From: Myxococcales bacterium | GTDB lineage: Bacteria > Myxococcota_A > Polyangia > Polyangiales > DASUME01 | Assembly: GCA_047601445.1 (NCBI GenBank) | Contig: JASGJH010000001.1 | Location: 7,968,001 to 8,032,000, forward strand | Reading direction: 5' to 3' | DNA: 64,000 bases | Part shown: positions 50,435-57,788 of the stretch, in pieces | How positions within the stretch are numbered: the stretch's first letter is position 1 | Layout: the number at the start of each line of letters is the position of its first letter | The notes under the pieces: generated by a model | The model's database searches: none | Seen by the model: the letters and a program-made list of their open reading frames with translations, nothing else | Told to the model about the DNA's origin: nothing | Made by a program: the position numbers and the translations under genes

Positions 50435-50668
50435 ATGGAAGCCAAAGACCGTACGAACCTCAGTGCTCTTGCGCGCAGCGCCTTCGAGGCGCTGCGAGCT
50501 CCCGGGCAGGTCTGTCCGACATGCCGCGCGGATGATGCCGTGCGTGCGGCGCTCGCCACGCCCAGCTACGAAGCGATGACGCTGGAGCAACGCGCCAAGC
50601 TGGCGGGCCGACTTGTGTTCGCGCCGAAGCGGCCGGCCGGGAAGAGCTGGAAGCCGCTGCGCGCTTGA
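50435..50668 (+). CDS. Small hypothetical protein (77 aa, CxxC)
   Basis: AGGAGA RBS; VCPTCR; followed by a hairpin. Confidence 0.65.
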   Translation: MEAKDRTNLSALARSAFEALRAPGQVCPTCRADDAVRAALATPSYEAMTLEQRAKLAGRLVFAPKRPAGKSWKPLRA

Positions 50669-50671
50669 AAG

Positions 50672-50696
50672 ACCCGGCGAGCAAACCTCGCCGGGT
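50672..50696. terminator. Hairpin between convergent small ORFs
   Basis: ACCCGGCGAG-CAAAC-CTCGCCGGGT perfect 10-bp stem. Confidence 0.65.
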
Positions 50697-50703
50697 GTCC
50701 TGT

Positions 50704-50817
50704 TCACAGCGGGAGCTTTTCAGGCTTGCGCCTGCGACGCTTTCCGCGCACCTGTTTCCAGAATGCCGAGACAATGAAGCGGCAATTCTTGCGCTTCTGG
50801 TGTCGTTCCTTAGACAT
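50704..50817 (-). CDS. Basic 37-aa peptide (below the ORF-track cutoff)
   Basis: GGAGGAAGG RBS; MSKERHQKRKNCRFIVSAFWKQVRGKRRRRKPEKLPL; stop next to the 50672 hairpin. Confidence 0.5.
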   Translation of the reverse strand: MSKERHQKRKNCRFIVSAFWKQVRGKRRRRKPEKLPL

Positions 50818-50850
50818 GGCTACGCCTTCCTCCAGCGAGAGTGGTCGCTA

Positions 50851-51000
50851 GAGTTGACCTCTGCCCGAAGGCATCGGGGGTTGACCTCCGCCCCGACCGG
50901 CTGCAAGTATCAGTGTATCGGTTGACCGACACTCACAGCCGCAAGGTTGTTGTTGGTTGCGAAGAGGAGCCCGCGGTTACCGCCGCGGGCTCTTCGTTTT
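50851..51000 (+). ncRNA. Candidate structured small RNA ending in an intrinsic terminator
   Basis: Stems 50853-50885 (G-U pairs on + strand) and 50898-50941, then the terminator. Confidence 0.45.
50961..51000 (+). terminator. Rho-independent terminator
   Basis: GAGCCCGCGG-TTACCG-CCGCGGGCTC followed by TTCGTTTT. Confidence 0.8.
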
Positions 51001-51249
51001 GGGGCCTGGCACTCAGCTCATGACACTCCGTCTCCTCGTGTGCGCCTGGCGTTCTGATCTGCCCGCGAAGTGGGGGGCGTGGCAAGAAAATACAGATGCG
51101 CGTTTGCGTCCGCCCTCGGCTGGATGCTCTCGGCGCAGTCGAGACCACCAGCAGACAGCGCGTGCTGCGATCGATCTAAAGAGAACGCGGTGCGCAGTCA
51201 AGGAACCCGGAGCTGTATACAGGACGAAAAAGATCAAATTGAGCGATTT

Positions 51250-51324
51250 GATCTCATCGCGCAGTCGGTAGAGCAGCGCATTCGTAATGCGCAGGTCGCT
51301 GGTTCGAGTCCCGGCGTCGCCACC
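51250..51324 (+). pseudogene. tRNA-Thr(CGT)-like element with disrupted acceptor stem
   Basis: D arm GCGC-AGTCGGTA-GAGC, perfect anticodon arm GCGCA-TTCGTAA-TGCGC, AGGTC, GCTGG-TTCGAGT(C)-CCGGC, 3' GTCGCCACC; the 5' strand GATCTCA does not pair. Confidence 0.8.
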
Positions 51325-51447
51325 TGCGCGTGTGCGGCGCGCATGGTTCTCATGAAAAAATGCATGAAAACCCCGATGAAGTGACTGGTTTTGCGCGCTC
51401 TTTTGTGTTTGCGTGCAACACCAAAAATCGCGAGCTCACGCGCCATT

Positions 51448-51726
51448 GCCCGTTGGCGATAGCGTGGACGCTATCGCGATGCTGTACCGTGAAGACGGTA
51501 CAACATGACGTAGGCCCAACGTGTCGCCGGGCGATCCGGGCTTGCCCATAGCGCTAACGCCAATAGTGCCCTCGCCAATAGCGCCAACGCTATTAGCTAC
51601 GCCTAGCAAGGCAACCCCGAACGCCACGCTGCTACTGGTGTGCTGTTAGCGGTCGACCGCTAGCGGTTTGTTGGCGGTTCGCTAACGGTTTGCGCACCGA
51701 ACTGTCTAGACAGCTCCCGACTAGTC
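51448..51726 (+). ncRNA. Hairpin-rich non-coding block, candidate structured RNA or cis-acting DNA site
   Basis: Stems at 51456-77, 51483-502, 51577-94 and 51637-98 (multibranch, G-U pairs on +); palindromes 51702-13 and 51719-26. Confidence 0.45.
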
Positions 51727-51795
51727 ACTCCGTGTCTAGCCTCGATGTGCCTCTCTACACCGCAGGCGCGTTTCCGCGAGGACGGCCCAAGCAAG

Positions 51796-52014
51796 TCAGG
51801 GCAGGACTGTGAACAAGGCGTGCGCCAGCGGGGCGCCCCCGATTGCGAGAGCAATCAGCACGCCGACCACCTTGCGATGCTTCCACAAGAAGCCGATGAC
51901 GTCGGGCCGGTCCCGGATTTCCTGCACGATGCCCTTGAGCTCGGTCACGTCGGAACGCAGTCCGGTTACCTGCTCCTCAACTCGTACTAGACGCTCAACG
52001 TCGTCACGCTCCAT
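51796..52014 (-). CDS. Holin-like small membrane protein (coiled coil plus one TM; XhlA-like)
   Basis: MERDDVERLVRVEEQV...VVGVLIALAIGGAPLAHALF; GGAG RBS; at the end of the late-gene strand. Confidence 0.55.
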   Translation of the reverse strand: MERDDVERLVRVEEQVTGLRSDVTELKGIVQEIRDRPDVIGFLWKHRKVVGVLIALAIGGAPLAHALFTVLP

Positions 52015-52119
52015 GTCTGCTCCGTGGGCGCGGCGTAAGCGTGCGCAGGCCCGTACCGGAGAGGGCGCACAAGGGCTTTTCGCCTGCTCCACCGGCGCGA
52101 TCGGATAGACTCGCTAGCT

Positions 52120-52368
52120 ATGGCTCACAAAGAAGAATTCGCGGGTTGGGAACGCATCGTGCTCGTGCGCAAAGGCCTCGCTCAGGACGCGCACGAGAAG
52201 GGCTTGCTCACCACCGAACTCGCGCAGGAGTTCGTAGACGCGATTGCGCTCGGGAGCTCCGACACCACCAATCCAGCAAAGGTGTTGATGGTCGAACAAG
52301 CTCTGGACCGCATCGCGTCACGGCATGGGCTCGCAAGACGCGCCCCGACGAGGTTGCCAAAGGTCTAG
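52120..52368 (+). CDS. Hypothetical protein (82 aa)
   Basis: Protein-like helical composition; opposite strand to the virion genes. Confidence 0.5.
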   Translation: MAHKEEFAGWERIVLVRKGLAQDAHEKGLLTTELAQEFVDAIALGSSDTTNPAKVLMVEQALDRIASRHGLARRAPTRLPKV

Positions 52369-52852
52369 GTTGGCGGACTGCCTGCGTTATCTTTTGCGGT
52401 GATGCGCGCCGAACGCGAACCCCTTCCGGTGGTGAGCCCGCTGCCTATTCCGGTGGCAACGAGTAGGCGCCCCGAGAGTCATGCGCCGCGGCTTGGACTT
52501 GGCACGAGCACGGACGGCGTTTGTAAGGTCGCCCCGCGGGATGTCCCGACCACTTACAGGGGGGCCCATCGCAGTGGGCGTACGTTCCCTTGCTATGAGC
52601 TTCAGCAACGCATTGAGAAACTTGAACACCTGCACGAGGAGCGTTGTGAGGTCTAGGACCGCGTCCAGCCAATCATTCAGCATGAAAGCACCGAAAGGTC
52701 TTTCGACATAGAGCGATGCCGGTGTTCGGTGGCGTCGCGAGCGATGGGCTCGCGACAATACAACCATCGAAATACTGGGTGTGCAAACCTGAGTTAGTGC
52801 TGTGCATGTCTCCGGCAGCCGATAAGCGAATGAGCCGGCGATGCCGCACCGG

Positions 52853-53599
52853 TCATGGGTACTCCGAGGTAACCCAGGCCTCGGCCGCCTGGCGGATGGT
52901 GTCGTTGACCGCAGCGGTGATCACCAGGCAATGCCCGAGCTTCAAGTCTGCAAAGAAGTTGAAGGCACCGTTGACACGGTTGGCGCCCAGGACGAACAGA
53001 TCCATGGTGTCCACGTCCGCAATGCTGGCCGTGCCGTTCACGATGTCCGGCGCGCTGTTGATCCAGGTGTCCCAGCGGCTGCCGCTGAACTTGGTCGTGT
53101 AGGTGGCTTCGACGGTGCCGTATGCGGCCACACCGGCCTGAGCGGCCACGTTCGCGTCATGTGCGTGGCGCCCGATGCCCGTGGTCGCGATGCACCCGGT
53201 GAAGATGCGGTTGCTCGTGAAGTTGGTGGTTCCTGCGCCCACCACGGCCTGATTCGCGCCACCGATCGCGGTGTGCTGCCCGCGGTAGATGATCGTGAAA
53301 GGGCCGTTGTCGCTGAAGTAGGCCGCAAGAGCGGCCGCGCCACTGAGCCGCGTGGATCCCACCGAGCCGAACAGCACGCACGGCTTCTTGCCGCCCGTCC
53401 CCAGCCCGCCGCCACCGGTTCCGCCGGCCTTGTAGGTGGCTTGGTTCGTGGCTTCGGCCAGGGCGTAGTTGTAGTTGCGGTCCGCGTACGCTGCGATGGC
53501 GCTGTTGTCGGTCTGCGCAATGCGCGACGGGTCGAACCACGCGGAGCCAGGGAACATGGTCGCCAGGCGTCGAGGGAGTGGCCTCGGTGAGAAGGGCAT
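52853..53599 (-). CDS. Phage tail-associated LamG/concanavalin-like protein
   Basis: AWFDPS..DNSAIAAYAD..ATNQATY pattern typical of such phage proteins; beta-rich; ends AEAWVTSEY. Confidence 0.6.
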   Translation of the reverse strand: MPFSPRPLPRRLATMFPGSAWFDPSRIAQTDNSAIAAYADRNYNYALAEATNQATYKAGGTGGGGLGTGGKKPCVLFGSVGSTRLSGAAALAAYFSDNGPFTIIYRGQHTAIGGANQAVVGAGTTNFTSNRIFTGCIATTGIGRHAHDANVAAQAGVAAYGTVEATYTTKFSGSRWDTWINSAPDIVNGTASIADVDTMDLFVLGANRVNGAFNFFADLKLGHCLVITAAVNDTIRQAAEAWVTSEYP

Positions 53600-53634
53600 G
53601 CCGCGCCGGTCGCCGCCTCGGTCTCGAGTGCGCA

Positions 53635-55731
53635 TCAGATCACCTCCACGAGGAACTCCACCCACTCACCAGACGCAGCGGCTCCGGGAGGGGTGGTCAG
53701 ACGCAACGTGTACTGGGTTTTGAGGCGCTCGCTCGCCAGGTCGTAGAACTGATAGAAGGACGCCACGGCCGCTCCGGGACTGGCGTCATGGAAGGACACC
53801 CGAAGTTTGTAGTCGCCTTGCGTCGCGTGATAGTTGGCGCCGTTGGTGGGGTCGCCCCCCAGAAACTTGGCCACCTCGGGCTTGAAGCCGGCGCCCGCGT
53901 CGACGACCTTGGCCGTGTTGTTGTCGGTGAACCTGACGACCATCGCGGCGTTCTCGCGGCCGGTGTAGACCACCATAGGCAGCTCTTTTACGGCTGCCGC
54001 GGGCCGAGCCATCTTCGCGTTGTTCCGGACGGTCTTCGAGCGCCCGTAGAGCAGGCTCGCGCTGTTGCTGTCGATGGGGTCCGCGTGCGGGTAGAAGCCG
54101 CCGTCAATGTCAATAGAGGCGAGACCCTCCAGCGCGATGCGGAAGTTGTCGTCGTAGGGGTCGCCCTTGCCGTCCACCGTGACGCCGATGAGCTTCACGG
54201 TCGCGCCACCGCCGACCCGAATGAAGTGATAGTCCGTGGGACTCAGGATGTCCGTTCCATCGCAGGTAGCGTCGAAGTTCGCGGCCGACCATCGCCCGCC
54301 GACAGCCACCACGGACGATGGGATCTGGCCGCTGCCCGTCACAGCCTGGAGCACGCGCTTGCAGCCCTCGCTCTGGAAGTTGTGGATCACGGTGCGGGAC
54401 TGGTTCGTGCGAATGCCATACACGTGGTAGGCGGCCTGGCAGTCATAGAGGGTTGCCTGACAGGAGCTCGCCTGCAGGCGGAACCCCGACGCATAAGGGT
54501 TTCCGGTGATGTAGTTGACGCTCGTGCAGCGCCTGAAGACGGTGCGGTACGGCTGGCCATCGTTGACATAGAAGCCGTTTTGGTCCGCGTTGAAGCTCTG
54601 GCAGTCCTCGAAAACCATGTCCTCCATCTGTTGGTGCCAGGGCGAAGCCGCCATGCCGAGACTGAAGCCGTGATCCATGCGAGAGCCCGACGCGAGCGTC
54701 CCGTTTCGATAGGCCAGGCAGTTCTTGAAGTGGTTGTCAGTGAGAGGGATGACACCGGAACCGCCGGGCACCGGGGCTACCGCGAAAGCCGCCTCCATTC
54801 GGCCGCCGCTGGTCGTAGCGACCACGACGTTCTGGACGACGCAGCCAGCACCACCCATCCAGATCCCGGGGATTCCCGCTGGGTCCGTGGGCGCTGCGTT
54901 CCACAAGATGCACGTGGCGCGGCCAGCCAACAGAGCTGTGTAGTTGGCCACCTGATCGCTGAAGATGCCGATACCGACGCCCGAGGTCTTGACGTTGATG
55001 CGCCACGAATCGCTGATGTAGAACGTGCGCATGACGGGAAGGCGGATCCCCGTCCCGTACTGCTCCATCGTGTCCGTAAGGCCTGCCAGATAGGCCAGGT
55101 TTGCGGCTGCGTTGCCCGCACCCGCTAGGATCCCGTCCGCATAGATGAAGCCCCGATCGCGGGTCTGCTTCCAAGCAACGCCGTTGTACACGCAGACGAC
55201 CGAGAACCGCGGGTCACCCGGGTCGTACACAACGGCCCAATCGTTCACCACAGGGTCGAGCACCGCTGCGGCCAGCGCGTTGATGCCCGTGTACCGCCCT
55301 CGGTAGCCCTTGCCGGGGCTGCCGGCGGTGTTGGGCAGCTTCTGCAGCCAGCGTCCGATCTGGCCCGGTGCAGGCGTCTTGACGCCGTTACCATCTGCAT
55401 CGGGCGGCGCGAGAGCGGCCATGCTCGTCGCGTCCCAAGCCCAAAAGTTGCCCTGGATCGTCTGCGTCTGCGCGTTGGCGTATGGGCCCACGAACGCGTC
55501 GAGCAGTGCGTCGCTGTCGAGCGCCTGCACCGCACCTGCGCTGAAGATGGAGGCCGGGCTACTGCCAGAGTTCAGCGGGTCGCTGGTCGACAGCTGGCCC
55601 TTGGAAACAAGCGCCCCGTAGTACGAAAGGTAGAGGTCCGCCGTGACGTTGACCCCCGTAGGCGGGATCGTGGCGCCGTTGTGGTCTTTGACCGGAACCC
55701 CTGGGTATGGCCACAGGGGGACCGAGATCAC
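53635..55731 (-). CDS. Tail spike / putative depolymerase (beta-helix)
   Basis: FWAWDATS..DGNGV..GRW tail-spike N-terminal motif; G/N-rich beta-helix-like repeats (NHFKNC, MVFEDC, TVFRRC, TLYDC). Confidence 0.72.
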   Translation of the reverse strand: MISVPLWPYPGVPVKDHNGATIPPTGVNVTADLYLSYYGALVSKGQLSTSDPLNSGSSPASIFSAGAVQALDSDALLDAFVGPYANAQTQTIQGNFWAWDATSMAALAPPDADGNGVKTPAPGQIGRWLQKLPNTAGSPGKGYRGRYTGINALAAAVLDPVVNDWAVVYDPGDPRFSVVCVYNGVAWKQTRDRGFIYADGILAGAGNAAANLAYLAGLTDTMEQYGTGIRLPVMRTFYISDSWRINVKTSGVGIGIFSDQVANYTALLAGRATCILWNAAPTDPAGIPGIWMGGAGCVVQNVVVATTSGGRMEAAFAVAPVPGGSGVIPLTDNHFKNCLAYRNGTLASGSRMDHGFSLGMAASPWHQQMEDMVFEDCQSFNADQNGFYVNDGQPYRTVFRRCTSVNYITGNPYASGFRLQASSCQATLYDCQAAYHVYGIRTNQSRTVIHNFQSEGCKRVLQAVTGSGQIPSSVVAVGGRWSAANFDATCDGTDILSPTDYHFIRVGGGATVKLIGVTVDGKGDPYDDNFRIALEGLASIDIDGGFYPHADPIDSNSASLLYGRSKTVRNNAKMARPAAAVKELPMVVYTGRENAAMVVRFTDNNTAKVVDAGAGFKPEVAKFLGGDPTNGANYHATQGDYKLRVSFHDASPGAAVASFYQFYDLASERLKTQYTLRLTTPPGAAASGEWVEFLVEVI

Positions 55732-56148
55732 GAGATTCCACCTTCGCGGACGCAGAGCTCCACGAAGGCACCCGTCGTGCTGCAGAGGATGTTGATCGTG
55801 TCGCAGTCGGGCGGGACCTGCTCGTCGTGGTACTGCCCGTCACGAATGGTCAGGCCTGCGCGCACGTCGCCGGTGCCCGGAACCGTGATTCTGGTTCCAC
55901 GTGATGTCCTGCTGCCCCTTGCTGTAGGAGTACTGAAGGTCACAGCCGACCGGCTGGATGAAGACGAACGGCCCAGTCCCTTGCTTGCCCTGCGTGACGA
56001 CGGTGGACAGCGCCGAGAGCGTGACGTGGATGGTGTCCGTGTTCAGCGTCGGACCCGCGCTTGCGAGGCGCTCCACGCCCTTGAGGCCGGTGGTGTCCGC
56101 GGCAGCACGCGGACCGATCACGAACGCTGCACGGTCGACCATTCCCAT
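55728..56148 (-). CDS. Phage hypothetical protein (~139 aa); apparent +1 frameshift near 55889
   Basis: Two overlapping ORFs join as DITWNQ-ITVPG; the joined gene starts after terL and its stop overlaps the tail-spike GTG. Confidence 0.6.
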
Positions 56149-56176
56149 ACCCGGTGGTGCGCCACAAGAGGAACGG

Positions 56177-57764
56177 TCAGATCACGCGGCGCGGGCCCCA
56201 CTCGGCGTTTTGCTCTCGGCGTTCGCGCTCCTCTCGGCGGCGCTTCTTTTCGAGCGCTTCCGGGTCGCCTGCTTTGACCTTCGCCTTGAACTCGGCCTCT
56301 GCGTCGCGTGCCTTTTCTTTCGCCGTGTCCTCCGCGGTCTTCTCTCGCGCCTTGCGTGGGGCGATCTCGGCGAACGCGTAGCCGCAGCTGTCGAAGCAGT
56401 CGTCGCGCATGGTGTCGCTCGTAAGCACCTCGCCCTCCTCCTTGTCCTTCCAGCGCAGCACGCGGATCTCGTGCGCAAGCGGCGCGGCCGAAATGTCGTC
56501 CTCTCCCTCGGGCGGGAGGTACAGGAGTAGCCGGCCCTTGCGGAGCTCGGTGTTCATGGTGCGCACGCGCTCGAGCTTGCCGAGCTTGTGGGCGCCCCGG
56601 ATGGTGCACCCGGTGATCTTCGAGTAACGAGGATTGAACGTGCCTTCGTAGAAGTTGATGCCGCCGCCGTTGGGGTCGCACACCACCGTCTTGGTCTGGA
56701 AGCGCTCGACCAGTCGCTTGGTGATCTTGGCCGCCTCGTCGTTGTTGACCTTCGCGTGCACCTCGGCGTGCACCACGATGCGCAGGGGGCTGTAGGGGTC
56801 GACTGCCAGCACGGTCCACGCGCAGCTGTCGTTCCATCCAAAGTCCATGCCGATCACGTGCTTCCAGTGGTGCGAGTAGTGCGCCGGAAGCTCGGTGAGC
56901 ACGTTGCCGGCGGGAGCGAGCTCGCTGCGGAACTCGAGCACGAACTGGGTGACGTCGTGCACCCACAAACCCAGGTGCTCGCGCTGGTAGTCCGGGTGGT
57001 TCTCGTCCCAGCCGTGGCGCCTGCGCTCCTCCTCGAGCGCCTTGTGCGGGTCGCGGGGGAACTTCTCGTTCTCGATGATGGTCCACGTTGGGAACGTGTA
57101 GAAGCCGCCTTCCTTGCCGTGACACCAGTCGTACCAGGTGCCCTGCGGGGCATAGCCTGGGGTGCCCGCCGCGATGAAGGAGCCGCCGGTGTCCATGAGC
57201 GACGGGCCCACCGCGAGCAGCAGAGGCTTCAGCAGGTGCTCGTAGTCCTGACACTCGTCGATGCAGAACAGGATGGACTTGAGGCCGCGGCCGACGTTGC
57301 TCTGCTTGATCTCTGTTGAGGCCCTTGATCACGAACATGGACCCGGCGGGCGTCAGGACCTCGCCGGTGTGCTCGCGCAGGACCCAGGGGTCCGCGCCGC
57401 TGTGGAGCTCGTAGCTCTCAATCATGCGCTCAATCTCGCGCCAGATCAGGCGCTTGCCTGTCTGCAGCGACTCGGCCACGTAAGTGACCTGTTCGTTGTG
57501 ACCCGCGCGCAGCAGGGTGAGCACGATCAGGGCAGCGAGGAAGGTGGTCTTACCGGCGCGTCGCGCAGCGCACAGGGCCAGGTAGGTGTGTCCGGCCTCG
57601 AGCGCTGCCAACACCTCGCGCTGCTTCCGGGTCAGGCTGGCGCGAAGGTGGCGCTCGACCTCGGCCCGGTAGAGCTGAGGGCTCTTCTCCTTGAGAGCGA
57701 GCCAAGCTCTGCGTCGGAGCTCGGCTCGGACCTCTTCTTTCGAGAATCTCTGCGCCGCGTTCAC
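56177..57764 (-). CDS. Phage terminase large subunit (~528 aa); apparent +1 frameshift near 57314
   Basis: Walker A AARRAGKTT; in the shifted frame GRG..ILFCIDE (Walker B), AGTP, IGMDFGWND and DDCFDS nuclease motifs. Confidence 0.9.
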
Positions 57765-57788
57765 TGAACGTGACGGCGCACAAGAGGA

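Noticed and set aside
51553..51606. tmRNA-like tag frame ANANSALANSANAISYA*
   Set aside because: No tRNA-Ala-like ends or proper resume-codon context; explained by the CGCYAAY repeats.
51448..51726. Retron msr-msd or DGR template repeat
   Set aside because: No reverse transcriptase in the window and no matching variable repeat found in the tail genes.
55728..56148. Programmed tail-chaperone frameshift
   Set aside because: It would need +1 rather than -1, there is no slippery heptamer or tape-measure gene, and the GATTC context matches the host-gene breaks.
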